This document shows positions 5,983 through 15,683 of a stretch of 39,127 nucleotides of DNA, piece by piece. The stretch's first letter is position 1; each line of letters opens with the position of its first letter. Under the pieces are notes generated by a model. The model did no database searches. It worked only from the letters and a program-made list of their open reading frames with translations, and had not been told where the DNA came from. A program made the position numbers and the translations under genes. The DNA lies in NCBI GenBank assembly GCA_028688935.1, contig JAQTXE010000003.1, positions 1 to 39,127 of the forward strand. Direction: 5' to 3'. The stretch is from Syntrophales bacterium (GTDB lineage Bacteria > Desulfobacterota > Desulfobaccia > Desulfobaccales > 0-14-0-80-60-11).

Positions 5983-7587
5983 TCATTTTTCTTCTGTTTC
6001 CAGCCGGGGAAACAGGGCTGCCCCTTTTTGCAGTTTACCGCCGGGCAACAGCCGGCCCCATTTCAAGACCTGGGGCAGGGGCAGGTCCCAGAGGCTTAGG
6101 CCCAACCCCAGTTGTTCGCTCATTTTCAGGGCGCTGCCGGGCACCACCGGCCTGAGCAGCGCCGCCAGCCAGCGCAGCCCTTCCAGGAGATGATAAAGGA
6201 CCGTGTCCAGACGCTGGGCTTTTTGGGGGTCCTTGGCCAGTTCCCAGGGCGCAGCGGCGACAATGTAACGATTGAGAAGATTGATGAATTCCCAGACCCG
6301 GGCCAGGGCCTTGGGAAACTCCAACTCCGGGAAGAGCCGGAGAAAATCCCGGGCCGTTTCCTGGGCCGTGGTCACTACTTCCTGGTCTCCGGCCTCCGGT
6401 GGGCCCGGGGCCGGCACCACGCCCTTCCGGTACTTGAAGGCCATGCCTAAGCTGCGGGCGAAGAGGTTGCCCAGGTCGTTGGCCAAGTCGGCGTTGATCC
6501 TGGTCTTTAAAGCCTCTTCGCTGAAATGGGCGTCCAGGCCGAAGACCATTTCCCGGAGAAAGAAATAACGCGTCTGGTCAATGCCGTAATTTTGCGCCAG
6601 ATAGCGGGGTTCCACCACGTTTCCCAGGCTCTTGGACATCTTGCCCTGGGTCATCTGCCAGTAGCCGTGGACGTTGAGATGCTGAAAGGGCTCCACCCCC
6701 GCGGCTTTGAGCATGGTGGGCCAATAGATGCCGTGGGGTTTGAGGATGTCCTTGGCGATGCAGTGCTCCGCGGCAGGCCAGAAACGGCGGTAAGCCTCGC
6801 CCGCGGGATAGTCCAGGCCGGTGAGATAATTGAGGAGCGCGTCAAACCAGACGTAAGTGACGTAGCGTTCATCAAAGGGCAAAGGGATGCCCCAATCCAG
6901 GCGGCTTGCCGGCCGGGAAATGCACAGGTCTTCCAAAGGCTCCCTGAGAAAGGCCAGGGCTTCGTTGCGGTAGCGCTCCGGCCGGATCCATTGGGGATGG
7001 GTCTCGATATAGCCGATCAGCCAATCCTGGTAGCGGCTCATGCGGAAGAAATAGTTTTCTTCCTTGATATAGGTGGGCTCCACCTGGTGATCCGGACATT
7101 TGCCGTCCACCAGGTCCCTCTCCAGGTAGAAGCATTCGCAGCCGTAACAATAGAGGCCGCCGTATTCCCCGAAGTAGATATCGCCGGCGTCGTGCACCTT
7201 TTGCAAGACTTCCTGGACCACCCGGATGTGCTCCGGGGAGGTGGTGCGCACATAGACGTCGTAGTCGATCCCCATCTCGTCCCAGGTCTGGCGGAACTGG
7301 GCGCTGATGCGGTCCACGAATTCCTTGACGGGAAGGCCCTGTTTGGCCGCGGCCTCCAGGACTTTTTCCCCGTGTTCGTCCGTGCCGGTCTGAAAACGGG
7401 TTTCATCTCCCAGGAGGCGGTGGAACCGGGCCAGGGCGTCCACCACCACCGTGGTGTAGGCGTGGCCCAGATGGGGCTCGGCGTTGACGTAGTAGATAGG
7501 CGTGGTGATGTAAAAGACAGAGTTTTCTGTTTTCTGGTTACTGTTTTCTGGTAAGGTCCGGTTCTTGTTATCCACAGTAGTGCTCAA
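5983..7587 (-). CDS. metG: methionine--tRNA ligase
   Basis: Has the HIGH motif (NAEPHLGHAYT) and KMSKS. The TTG start at 7587 is preceded by AGGTGA with a 5-nt spacer. Length is 534 aa. Confidence 0.95.
   Translation of the reverse strand: MSTTVDNKNRTLPENSNQKTENSVFYITTPIYYVNAEPHLGHAYTTVVVDALARFHRLLGDETRFQTGTDEHGEKVLEAAAKQGLPVKEFVDRISAQFRQTWDEMGIDYDVYVRTTSPEHIRVVQEVLQKVHDAGDIYFGEYGGLYCYGCECFYLERDLVDGKCPDHQVEPTYIKEENYFFRMSRYQDWLIGYIETHPQWIRPERYRNEALAFLREPLEDLCISRPASRLDWGIPLPFDERYVTYVWFDALLNYLTGLDYPAGEAYRRFWPAAEHCIAKDILKPHGIYWPTMLKAAGVEPFQHLNVHGYWQMTQGKMSKSLGNVVEPRYLAQNYGIDQTRYFFLREMVFGLDAHFSEEALKTRINADLANDLGNLFARSLGMAFKYRKGVVPAPGPPEAGDQEVVTTAQETARDFLRLFPELEFPKALARVWEFINLLNRYIVAAAPWELAKDPQKAQRLDTVLYHLLEGLRWLAALLRPVVPGSALKMSEQLGLGLSLWDLPLPQVLKWGRLLPGGKLQKGAALFPRLETEEK
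7522..7552. repeat. heptamer array GTTTTCT (inside metG codons ~12-23)
   Basis: Parses as gttttct|gttttct|ggttact|gttttct|gg. It is translated as PENSNQKTENS. Confidence 0.8.
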
Positions 7588-7659
7588 TTATTTCACCTGG
7601 TATTATTATTGATTAGACTTAAATTTAACAAATTTGAGGAATTTGGTTTAGCTTTTCCA

Positions 7660-7682
7660 CAGAAAACCGAAAACAGAAAACC
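7660..7682. repeat. heptamer array CAGAAAA/CCGAAAA, inverted relative to 7522-7552
   Basis: Parses as cagaaaa|ccgaaaa|cagaaaa|cc. It lies between the TPR gene stop (7685) and the metG start. Confidence 0.8.
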
Positions 7683-7684
7683 AT

Positions 7685-8458
7685 TCACTTTCCTTCCAAG
7701 ACCTTCAGCCGCTCTAAAGCCTGATGCACCAAGGTCGCGTCAGCCCCGGGGTTGGCGATTTTTAAAAAATAACGGTAGGCGGCGATGGCTTCCGGTTTTT
7801 TGCCCGATTGTTCCAGGGCCCGGGCTTTATTATAGACCGCCCGGGCAAAGTTGGGGTTGAGTTTCAGGACCTGGTCGAAGTCCGCCAGGGCCCGCTGGGG
7901 ATCTTTTAGGGCCAGGTAGGCCAAACCCCGGTTATGGTAGACCTCGGCGGCCTGGGGGTTGATGGTCAGGGCCTGATTGTAGTCTTTCAGGGCCTCCCCG
8001 GCATTGCCCTGGTCCAGATAGGCGTTCCCCCGGTTATAGTAAATCTGCCAATCCTTGGGCGCGTATTTCAGGGCCTGGGTGTAGTCTGCCACGGCTTTGT
8101 CATAAAGACCAGAGCGGCTGTAGGCCAGGGCCCGGTTATAGTAAGCCTCGGGGGCTTTGGGGGCCAGCTTCACGGCCTTATCGAAATTTTCCACCGCCTC
8201 CACGTACTGCTCCAGCCGCATCAAGGCGATGCCCCGGTTGATGTAGGCTTCCGGCAGGTTCGGGTCCAATTTCAAGGCGGCGTCGAACTTCTCCAAAGCC
8301 AAGGTGGGATTGCCCTGGTTGAGCGCCTCGGCGCCCTGGGAGAAGAGCTGCTTAATCTGGGAATCCTGGGACTTAGCCGCCAGGGCCGAAGAGCAGGGCA
8401 GTACCAGGAGGGCGGCAACCAGCAGAGAAAAAAGCAGGACTGAGGGTTTTAGGGACAT
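7685..8458 (-). CDS. secreted tetratricopeptide-repeat (TPR) protein
   Basis: Has a signal peptide (LLFSLLVAALLVLPCSSALA). It contains about six 34-residue repeats with the A..Y/F.....P....A.YN.G..Y pattern. Confidence 0.85.
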   Translation of the reverse strand: MSLKPSVLLFSLLVAALLVLPCSSALAAKSQDSQIKQLFSQGAEALNQGNPTLALEKFDAALKLDPNLPEAYINRGIALMRLEQYVEAVENFDKAVKLAPKAPEAYYNRALAYSRSGLYDKAVADYTQALKYAPKDWQIYYNRGNAYLDQGNAGEALKDYNQALTINPQAAEVYHNRGLAYLALKDPQRALADFDQVLKLNPNFARAVYNKARALEQSGKKPEAIAAYRYFLKIANPGADATLVHQALERLKVLEGK

Positions 8459-8495
8459 GGTTTTATTATTAATCCTTCATAAGATTATTTGTAAC

Positions 8496-9092
8496 TTAAG
8501 TCTTGGGAAAATATTGAGTTACTGTATCCCGGACTTCCTGAAGCCAGATTTTTCTTTCCTCCTGGGTGCTGGTTACCACTACGGCAAAATTCCGGCGGTG
8601 GAAGTTGGCCACCCCGCAGAGGCCGAAAATACAGTTTTTCCAAATAGTTTCCAGAGGATCGCCAAAAACCGCCGCTTCCCTGTCCGGCGGGGTGTTAGAG
8701 GTATTAAATACCAAGGCGGCTTTGGCTGTCAATAAGCCGAGGGGCACTCCTTCACCTTTATCGCCTTCCTGGAAGTTATAAGCCACCCCGGGCCGGAAAA
8801 CTCGATCGATCCAACCCTTGAGGACGGCCGGGGGCTGGCCCCACCAGTTGGGATGGATGATGACCAGGCCCTGGGCCCGGGAAACCTCCCGGCAGTGTTG
8901 GGCGATTAAAGGGGGCAGGGCCGCGGCGGCGGCAATCTCCTCGCCCGGCAGCAGGGGGGCAAATTTTTCTTGGTAGAGGTCATGGAAAATGACCTCATAG
9001 CCGTTATGGTCCAGGGTTTGGACCACCATCTTGGCGATGGCGTGATTGAAGCTGCCTTTTTGGGGATGGGCCAGGATTACGGAGATTGCCAA
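8496..9092 (-). CDS. NAD(P)H-dependent oxidoreductase, flavodoxin-like fold (NQO/MdaB-type)
   Basis: The N-terminus ISVILAHPQKGSFNHAIA and the motif IHPNWWGQPPAVLKGWIDRV are typical of the Flavodoxin_2 quinone reductase family. Confidence 0.8.
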   Translation of the reverse strand: MAISVILAHPQKGSFNHAIAKMVVQTLDHNGYEVIFHDLYQEKFAPLLPGEEIAAAAALPPLIAQHCREVSRAQGLVIIHPNWWGQPPAVLKGWIDRVFRPGVAYNFQEGDKGEGVPLGLLTAKAALVFNTSNTPPDREAAVFGDPLETIWKNCIFGLCGVANFHRRNFAVVVTSTQEERKIWLQEVRDTVTQYFPKT

Positions 9093-9140
9093 GAAATACT
9101 CCGACTTAGTGAGCTGAAGGGTAGGTGCGGGATAACATTG

Positions 9141-9178
9141 TTGCGTCTTACTTTGCGCCTTTGCGTCTTTGCGTGAGG
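9141..9178. repeat. tandem CTTTGCG array, inverse copy of 1510-1536
   Basis: Reads ttgcgtcttaCTTTGCGCCTTTGCGTCTTTGCGTGAGG. The reverse complement of its 3' end, CCTCACGCAAAGACGCAAA, matches 1508-1526 over about 17-18 nt. Confidence 0.8.
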
Positions 9179-9210
9179 CTCATCTTTCCGGAGCATTATC
9201 CCTAACTTCC

Positions 9211-9594
9211 CTAAGATTCGTTCAACTTCCGGGATTCCTCCACGAAATCTTTATGGCTCCCCTCAGGGTCGAGGCCCGGGCAGGCGCCTTTGGCGGCCTC
9301 GAACTCGTCTTCATCAGCCAGCAGGACGGGGAGATAAGGCCACTGGCGGCAGATGAAAGGCTTCACCGGATGGACCCGGCAGCGGTTGTCCTGGAGAAAG
9401 ACGCAGACGCCATCGGTGATGGCCAGACGGGTCCCCAGAGAGGAGGGTTCCAGGTAGCGGTCGCGGAATTCCTCTTCGCCCATCTCCAGTAAAGCGGCCA
9501 TGGCCGCCACTTCCTCGGGCCGGACGAAGATACCACCCCGGCCGGCACAGCAATCGCCGCATTGTTGGCATTGAAATACGGGGCGCTGACTCAT
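9211..9594 (-). CDS. YkgJ-family cysteine-cluster protein (putative Zn/Fe-binding)
   Basis: Has CQQCGDCC near the N-terminus and C-terminal CVFLQDNRCRVHPVKPFICRQWPY, the CxxCxxCC signature of UPF0153/YkgJ. Confidence 0.8.
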   Translation of the reverse strand: MSQRPVFQCQQCGDCCAGRGGIFVRPEEVAAMAALLEMGEEEFRDRYLEPSSLGTRLAITDGVCVFLQDNRCRVHPVKPFICRQWPYLPVLLADEDEFEAAKGACPGLDPEGSHKDFVEESRKLNES

Positions 9595-9667
9595 GGGTTT
9601 AAACCAACCTCGGTTTCTGCTGCCGTAGAGCTGATCAATAACCTATTGATAATTAGCAATCCTTTTA

Positions 9668-9698
9668 CCGAAAACCGAAAACCGAAAACTGAAAACGG
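9668..9698. repeat. heptamer array CCGAAAA (4 units)
   Basis: Parses as ccgaaaa|ccgaaaa|ccgaaaa|ctgaaaa|cgg. It lies between the pfk stop and the ykgJ-like start. Confidence 0.85.
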
Positions 9699-9700
9699 CA

Positions 9701-11071
9701 TTAGAGGTTCTTCAATGACGGTTGGCCGGTGGATTCCAGCACGCTGCGCCATAAAGGGGAATCCAACTCCAGTTCTTTATGCTTACCCACCGCCACTTTG
9801 ATGGGAATGTGCACGTAATGGCCATGCCAGCGGCTGACCAGCATGGCGGTTTTACCGGCCATACCCGCGTGCACCGCGTTTTGCCCCAGGAAGGCGCAGT
9901 AAATGCTGTCATTATAGTTGGCCGGGGTGCTGCGGATGAGGTAGCTGGGGTCAATGTACTTAAGGGTGACTTCCAGGTCCCGGCTCCGGAAATATTCCTG
10001 GATCTGGTAGCAGAGGAAGAGGCCGATATCCCCGGGTTTGACATTGCCCGAGGGGTCCCGGGGGAGGTGTTCGGCGTCGAAGTATTTCTGCCCCGCACCT
10101 TCCGCCACCACGATCACCGCGTGGCTCCGGTGACGGAGGCGGGACTCCAGGCAGGAGAACAGGCCGCATTCCCCTTCCAGATCAAAATCCGCTTCCGGGA
10201 TCAAGACGAAATTGACTTCTCGCAGAGCCAGACAGGCGTTGGCGGCGATGAACCCGGAATAGCGCCCCATGAGCTTCACCAGGCCGACGCCGTTGGGCGC
10301 GCCCAGGGCCTCGGTATGGGCGGCCCGGATGGCTTCGGTGGCCATCTGCACCGCGGTGTCGAAGCCAAAAGAGCGGGAGACGAAGGCGATATCGTTGTCA
10401 ATAGTCTTGGGGATGACAATCACCGAAATGCGCAGTTCCCGCTTTTTGATCTCCTGGCAGATTAAATCCGCGGCCCGGAGGGTACCGTCACCGCCGATGA
10501 GAAAGAGGATGCGGATGTTGATGCGGTCCAGGGCGTCGACGATCTCGCTGATGTCCTGGTGGCCCCGGGAGGAAGAGAGAATAGTCCCCCCAAAGGTATG
10601 AATATCGGCCACCACGTCCGGTTTCAATTCCATCAGATCATGGCCGTACTTGGGAATAAAGCCCTGAAAACCGTAGCGCACCCCGTAGATATGGCGGACA
10701 TTATAGAGATGGTGCAACTCCAGGACGATGGCCCGGATGACGTCATTGGTGCCGGGACATAAGCCGCCGCAGGTGGCGATGGCGCAATGCACCTTGTAAG
10801 GGTCGAAGTAGATTTTGGCCCGGGGGCCGGCCGTTTCAAAGAAGAGGGGCTCCTCCCCGGGTTTGAGCCGGTCTAAATATTCCCGGGTATCATCCACCAG
10901 CACCTGGTCCGCATCCTCAACAAAGGTCTTATCCAAGACCCGGCCGTCCCGGGTGACCATGGGGATGGTCTTCAGGGGAGAATCCACTTTGGCTTCCCCC
11001 AGGAAGGGGATGCGCGTGTCCAGCGTATCGGACTCTTTCAGAATGACGAGATCTTCTTTTTTCTTGGACAT
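9701..11071 (-). CDS. pfk: 6-phosphofructokinase, long (~450 aa) PfkA-family form; ATP versus PPi specificity not resolved
   Basis: Carries GGLCPGTNDVIR, IGGDGTLR, PKTIDNDI and MGRYSG motifs. Confidence 0.9.
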   Translation of the reverse strand: MSKKKEDLVILKESDTLDTRIPFLGEAKVDSPLKTIPMVTRDGRVLDKTFVEDADQVLVDDTREYLDRLKPGEEPLFFETAGPRAKIYFDPYKVHCAIATCGGLCPGTNDVIRAIVLELHHLYNVRHIYGVRYGFQGFIPKYGHDLMELKPDVVADIHTFGGTILSSSRGHQDISEIVDALDRINIRILFLIGGDGTLRAADLICQEIKKRELRISVIVIPKTIDNDIAFVSRSFGFDTAVQMATEAIRAAHTEALGAPNGVGLVKLMGRYSGFIAANACLALREVNFVLIPEADFDLEGECGLFSCLESRLRHRSHAVIVVAEGAGQKYFDAEHLPRDPSGNVKPGDIGLFLCYQIQEYFRSRDLEVTLKYIDPSYLIRSTPANYNDSIYCAFLGQNAVHAGMAGKTAMLVSRWHGHYVHIPIKVAVGKHKELELDSPLWRSVLESTGQPSLKNL

Positions 11072-11141
11072 TTTTTCCCTTCAGGCGGCAGTCGGGGGAA
11101 AAAGATGGCCCGGCGCCTGGTTACCGGTTTCCCATCCCACT

Positions 11142-12173
11142 TTACCAGGTTTCGGTCATGGCCTCCAGTTCATCTTTGAGTTCCCGGGCCATCAATTTCT
11201 TGATGGCCTCCCGGGGGGCCAGGTCCTCATAAAGAATACGGTAGACCGCGTCCACAATGGGCATCTCCACCCCCAGGCGCTGGGCCAGGAGATGTACGGC
11301 CCGGGTGGTCTTTACTCCTTCGGCCACTTCGCTCATGGACTCCAGGATTGCCGGCAGGGCCTGACCTTGACCCAGCTTCACTCCCACCTGGAAATTGCGG
11401 CTTTGGGAGCTGGTGCAGGTGAGGACCAGGTCCCCCAAACCCGCCAGGCCCATCAGGGTCATGGGATTGGCCCCTAATCTAGCCCCCAACCGGGTCATTT
11501 CCGCCAGACCCCGGGTGATCACCGCGGCCCGGGAGTTGGCTCCCAACGCCATGCCTTCCAGGATGCCGGTGCCGATGGCGAAGATGTTCTTCAGAGCCCC
11601 TCCCAATTCCACGCCGGTGACTTCGAGGGTGGTATATACCCGGAAATAGGGCGTAGAAAAAAGACGTTGCAGATTATGTGCCACTTCCCGGTGCCGGCTG
11701 GCGATGGTCACCGCGGTGGGAATCTTGTGGGCCACCTCCCGGGCAAAACTGGGACCGGAAAGGACCGCATAGGGAAAGGCCGCGCCCAACTCCTCCCGGA
11801 CTACTCCTTCCATGGTGAGCAGGGACTCGATTTCCATGCCCTTGGTGGCGCTCAGGAGCGCCGCCTCCGGCGGCAGATGGGGCCGCAGTTCCCGGAGCAT
11901 CTCCCGGAAGACGTGTGAGGGAACCGCCAGCAGGACCAGCCGCACCCCCTGCAGGGCCACGGCGAATTCCTGGGTGAAGATGATCCGGGAAGACAGTTTT
12001 ACTCCCGGCAAAAAGGTGTGATTGAGCCGCTCCCGGCTTAAAGCGGCGCACACTTCCGGCTCCCGGACCCAGAGGTGCACCGGCACTCCCTTATCCGCCA
12101 GGAGTTGGGCCAGGGCGGTACCCCAGGCGCCGGCCCCGATCACCGCTACGGCCTGGACGTTAGGAGATACCAA
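11142..12173 (-). CDS. gpsA: NAD(P)H-dependent glycerol-3-phosphate dehydrogenase
   Basis: Has the Rossmann motif [12 protein letters not shown] and the conserved GALKN and NFQVG regions. It overlaps the gyrA stop by 14 nt. Confidence 0.9.
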   Translation of the reverse strand: MVSPNVQAVAVIGAGAWGTALAQLLADKGVPVHLWVREPEVCAALSRERLNHTFLPGVKLSSRIIFTQEFAVALQGVRLVLLAVPSHVFREMLRELRPHLPPEAALLSATKGMEIESLLTMEGVVREELGAAFPYAVLSGPSFAREVAHKIPTAVTIASRHREVAHNLQRLFSTPYFRVYTTLEVTGVELGGALKNIFAIGTGILEGMALGANSRAAVITRGLAEMTRLGARLGANPMTLMGLAGLGDLVLTCTSSQSRNFQVGVKLGQGQALPAILESMSEVAEGVKTTRAVHLLAQRLGVEMPIVDAVYRILYEDLAPREAIKKLMARELKDELEAMTETW

Positions 12174-14640
12174 GGCCGGTCCCGCCGTTATCGTCGTTGT
12201 CTCCCTGTTCCGCCACTTTGGCCAGGCTCACCACCTGTTCCTCAGGATCTGCGTCCATCAACTTGACGCCTTGGGTCACCCGGCCGATCACCGAAATATC
12301 CTTGACCGCCAGGCGCAGAATCTTGCCGCCGTTGGTGACCAGCATGACTTCATCATCTTCCTGGACCTGGAGAATGCCCATCACCGGACCGTTCCGGGGC
12401 GTGATGCGGATGCCCAGTCGGCCCTGGCCGCCCCGGTTTTGGGCCGGGTATTTCTCCGGCCGGGTGCGTTTGCCAAAGCCCCGTTCGGTGACCGTCAGAA
12501 TACTGCCCCCGGGGTGCAGCACTTCCATGCCCACCACCTCGTCCTTGGGTGCTACGTCGATGCCCCGTACTCCCCGGGCGGCACGGCCCATATCCCGGAC
12601 TTGGCTCGAAGGAAAGCGAATGACTTTACCCAGCCGGGTCTCGATGAGGATCTCCTGGTCCGGTTCGGCCAACGCCACGCCCACCAGTTCATCCCCTTCA
12701 TTTAAGCCCAGGGCGATAATCCCGCCGCTCCGGGGCCGCTGGAAGTTCATCAGATCGGTCTTTTTCACCACCCCCCGGCGGGTGGCCATGACCAGTGAAA
12801 GCCCTTCCACAAACTCCCGGACGGGCAGCACGGTGGCCACTTTCTCGTCCAGGCCCAATTGCAGCAAGTTGACGATGGCCTTCCCCTGGGCCGAGGGCAT
12901 GCCCACGGGTATCTCATGGACCTTCAGCCAGAAAACCCGCCCCTTATTGGTGAAGAACAGGAAAGAGCTGTGGGTGGAGGCCACGTAGAGTTGGGAGACA
13001 AAGTCGTTCTCCCGGGTGCCCATACCGGTGCGGCCCTTGCCCCCCCGGCGCTGGCTGCGGTAAATAGTCAGGGGGGTGCGCTTGATATAGCCCCGGTGGC
13101 TGACGGTGACCACCATTTCCTCATCGGCGATGAGGTCTTCGGCGGTTAACTCCTGGGCCTGGGGGATGATTTCGGTGCGGCGGCCGTCTCCGTAACGCTC
13201 CTTTAATTCCTGCAACTCCTGGGCGATCAAGGCCTTGACCTGGGCCTCCTCCGCCAGAATCTGCCGGAAACGCCGGATGGCGGCCTCCACCTCCTCGGCT
13301 TCCTTGATGATCTTCTGACGCTCCAGGCCGGTGAGGCGCTGCAAGCGCATATTTAAAATTTCCTGGGCCTGGATCTCACTCAGGGCGAAGCGCTCCATCA
13401 ACTGCGCTTTGGCCACCGCCGGACTTTCCGCGGCCCGGATGAGGGCTATGACTTCGTCCAGGTGGTCCAGGGCGATGAGCAAGCCGGCCAGGATGTGGGC
13501 CCGGGCCTCGGCGTTTTTCAGTTCATAGCGGGTGCGCCTGATGATGTCTTCCCGGCGGTGCTCCAGGAAGTGGCGCAGCAGGTCCTTAAGGTTGAGAAGC
13601 TCCGGCCGGTTGTGGACGATGGCCACCAGGTTGATGCCGAAGGTGACCTGCATCTGGGTGTGCTGGTAGAGTTGGTTGAGGATGGTCTGGGAATATTCGT
13701 CCTTTTTCAGGAGGATCGCCACCCGCATACCTTCCCGGTCCGATTCGTCCCGGATGTCGGCGATGCCTTCAATCTTCTTTTCTTTCATCAGTTCGGCGAT
13801 GCGCTCAATAAGCCGGGCCTTGTTCACCTGGTAAGGCAGCTCCCGGATGACCAGGGTCTCCCGGCCTCCCTTTTTTTCCACGGCCACCTTGGCCCGGAGG
13901 CGGATCAGGCCCCGTCCCGTGCGGTAGGCCTCAGCGATGCCCTCGGCCCCATAGATGAACCCGCCAGTGGGGAAATCCGGCCCCGGGATAATGGGCAGCA
14001 GCTCCTCCACGGTGATCTCCGGGTTGGCCAGGACCGCCAGCAAGGCGTTGCACACCTCTTCCAGGCTGTGGGGGGGGATGTTGGTGGCCATGCCCACGGC
14101 TATCCCTGAGGCGCCGTTGACCAACAGATTGGGGAGGCGGGTGGGCAACACCAGGGGTTCCTGCAAGGAGCCGTCGTAGTTGCCCACGAAGTCCACGGTG
14201 TCCTTGTCCAGGTCCTGGAGGAGTTCATGGGCCAGCCGGGTTAAGCGCACTTCGGTGTAACGCATGGCCGCGGGCGCGTCTCCGTCCACCGAACCGAAGT
14301 TGCCCTGGCCGTCCACCAGGGGGTAGCGCAAAGAGAAGTCCTGGGCCATGCGCACGATGGCGTCATAGACCGCGGTGTCGCCGTGGGGATGGTACTTACC
14401 GATGACGTCCCCGACGATGCGGGCGCTCTTGCGGTAGGGCCGGTTCCAGTCGTTGCCGGTTTCGCTCATGGCGAAGAGGATGCGGCGGTGCACGGGTTTC
14501 AGCCCGTCCCGGGCATCCGGCAAGGCCCTGCCGATGATGACGCTCAGGGCGTATTCCAGGTAGGATTTACGTATTTCATCCTCGATGTTGATGTGTACGG
14601 CTCGTGTTTCCATAGTGAATAGGCTCGGTTGTTTAGTCAT
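12160..14640 (-). CDS. gyrA: DNA gyrase subunit A
   Basis: Has the [15 protein letters not shown], the active-site Tyr context [10 protein letters not shown], and a C-terminal beta-pinwheel repeat region. Length is 826 aa. The SD GGTGGA sits 5 nt before the ATG. Confidence 0.95.
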   Translation of the reverse strand: MTKQPSLFTMETRAVHINIEDEIRKSYLEYALSVIIGRALPDARDGLKPVHRRILFAMSETGNDWNRPYRKSARIVGDVIGKYHPHGDTAVYDAIVRMAQDFSLRYPLVDGQGNFGSVDGDAPAAMRYTEVRLTRLAHELLQDLDKDTVDFVGNYDGSLQEPLVLPTRLPNLLVNGASGIAVGMATNIPPHSLEEVCNALLAVLANPEITVEELLPIIPGPDFPTGGFIYGAEGIAEAYRTGRGLIRLRAKVAVEKKGGRETLVIRELPYQVNKARLIERIAELMKEKKIEGIADIRDESDREGMRVAILLKKDEYSQTILNQLYQHTQMQVTFGINLVAIVHNRPELLNLKDLLRHFLEHRREDIIRRTRYELKNAEARAHILAGLLIALDHLDEVIALIRAAESPAVAKAQLMERFALSEIQAQEILNMRLQRLTGLERQKIIKEAEEVEAAIRRFRQILAEEAQVKALIAQELQELKERYGDGRRTEIIPQAQELTAEDLIADEEMVVTVSHRGYIKRTPLTIYRSQRRGGKGRTGMGTRENDFVSQLYVASTHSSFLFFTNKGRVFWLKVHEIPVGMPSAQGKAIVNLLQLGLDEKVATVLPVREFVEGLSLVMATRRGVVKKTDLMNFQRPRSGGIIALGLNEGDELVGVALAEPDQEILIETRLGKVIRFPSSQVRDMGRAARGVRGIDVAPKDEVVGMEVLHPGGSILTVTERGFGKRTRPEKYPAQNRGGQGRLGIRITPRNGPVMGILQVQEDDEVMLVTNGGKILRLAVKDISVIGRVTQGVKLMDADPEEQVVSLAKVAEQGDNDDNGGTGLGIS

Positions 14641-14642
14641 TT

Positions 14643-14678
14643 ATTTCCACCGCCGATGCACGCCGATGGACGCAGATT
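14643..14678. repeat. 36-nt direct repeat, copy 1 (ATTTCCACCGCCGATGCACGCCGATGGACGCAGATT)
   Basis: Identical to 15236-15271. It contains two CGCCGATG units. Its reverse complement supplies the gyrA SD (GGTGGAAAT). Confidence 0.9.
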
Positions 14679-14729
14679 GGTGCGCTTGCGCACCATAGAA
14701 TATTTTCCCAGTGTTCTGGATGTACTTTC

Positions 14730-15176
14730 TTATACTTCAGATCTTTCATCCTTGCGAAAATGTTCGGAATTTTCGGGTGCCAGGATAACACAACCAACCA
14801 TGTGGTTAAACCATCCATATCCAATCTTTAAGATGTACTCAGGAGCACCACCCGCCCTCACGGACATTGAATTTGGCTCATCTTCTCCAATAAATTGAAT
14901 ATCGAGTGGCAATCCACCCTCGTGGACTAATTGGCAGCGTAGCCATTTATAGAAGATATGCTCAAAAGGGTGACATTCGCCTCGATATTCGACACGCATT
15001 ACTGGTAAACGTGTGTCACGCAGGAACTGCTCAAAACACTCACGATCTTTCATTTTTGGATAGCGCAGACGTGCAGTGGCAGCCACTGCGATCAATACAG
15101 AAAGTAATGCTCCTTCTGCTCTACCATTTTTCCAAAGAAAAAGAGCACCATCAATACGTTCGCGAATACCTATCAT
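14730..15176 (-). CDS. hypothetical protein (148 aa) with an Rx4H motif, possibly HEPN-like
   Basis: The only long ORF in a lower-GC cassette flanked by the CATCGGCG-type repeats. WLRCQLVHEG is encoded at about 14922-14939. No SD is visible, so the start is uncertain. Confidence 0.5.
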   Translation of the reverse strand: MIGIRERIDGALFLWKNGRAEGALLSVLIAVAATARLRYPKMKDRECFEQFLRDTRLPVMRVEYRGECHPFEHIFYKWLRCQLVHEGGLPLDIQFIGEDEPNSMSVRAGGAPEYILKIGYGWFNHMVGCVILAPENSEHFRKDERSEV

Positions 15177-15206
15177 GACGCTATTGACTTTTTGGTTTTA
15201 CCATCT

Positions 15207-15271
15207 GTGTTCATCGGCGTTTATCGGCGGTTCATATTTCCACCGCCGATGCACGCCGATGGACGCAGATT
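15207..15271. repeat. imperfect 19-bp palindrome made of CATCGGCG units, including copy 2 of the 36-nt repeat
   Basis: CATCGGCGTTTATCGGCGG (15212-15230) pairs with CCGCCGATGCACGCCGATG (15243-15261). There are 2 central mismatches and a 12-nt loop. It lies between the two cassette genes. Confidence 0.85.
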
Positions 15272-15683
15272 AAAAGTTTTTTACTATGCGCCTAATTTCT
15301 ACTTTGGGTTTACCAAAATTAACCAAGAGACATACGGAAAGACCGGTAGCTTTCAAATAATTTAAACATTGGGCCATGTGCGCATCATCAAGAGCCTTGG
15401 CCGCTTTTAGTTCAATAATGACCTTTTCCTCAATTAACAAATCCGCAGCAAATTCGCCAACAATCGCACCATCGTATTTAACCTGGATGCCATGTTGTTG
15501 CCGTGTCTGCAAGCCGCATTTTCGAAGTTCATGGGCCAAAGCATTTTCATAAACTTTTTCCAAAAAACCGCTTCCCAAGGTATTACTAACTTTATAAATG
15601 CAACCGATTATTTTTTCCGTAATCCTGTCAAATTCCTTTCGGCGTTCATCGGCGTTCATCGGCGGTTCATTGGACGGCGGCAT
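15270..15683 (-). CDS. GxxExxY-family protein (PD-(D/E)xK nuclease-like fold)
   Basis: Has the GFLEKVY signature and D...ELK (FAADLLIEEKVIIELKA). The SD AAGAGG sits 6 nt before the ATG at 15683. An alternative start is M9 at 15659. Confidence 0.85.
   Translation of the reverse strand: MPPSNEPPMNADERRKEFDRITEKIIGCIYKVSNTLGSGFLEKVYENALAHELRKCGLQTRQQHGIQVKYDGAIVGEFAADLLIEEKVIIELKAAKALDDAHMAQCLNYLKATGLSVCLLVNFGKPKVEIRRIVKNF
15639..15673. repeat. 10-nt tandem array GGCGTTCATC (3 units) inside the GxxExxY N-terminal codons
   Basis: Reads tcGGCGTTCATCGGCGTTCATCGGCGGTTCATtgg. It is translated as NEPPMNADERR. Its orientation is opposite to the 36-nt repeat. Confidence 0.85.

Noticed and set aside
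6526-7554. 342-aa plus-strand ORF
   Set aside because: It is entirely antisense to metG, which has unambiguous HIGH/KMSKS motifs. Its low-complexity Gly/Val/Asp/His-rich translation is typical of antisense frames in G+C-rich DNA.
15207-15271. Integron attC site or integron cassette array
   Set aside because: There are no GTTRRRY/RYYYAAC core sites at the palindrome ends and no intI nearby. The palindromes are built from tandem units, unlike attC sites.
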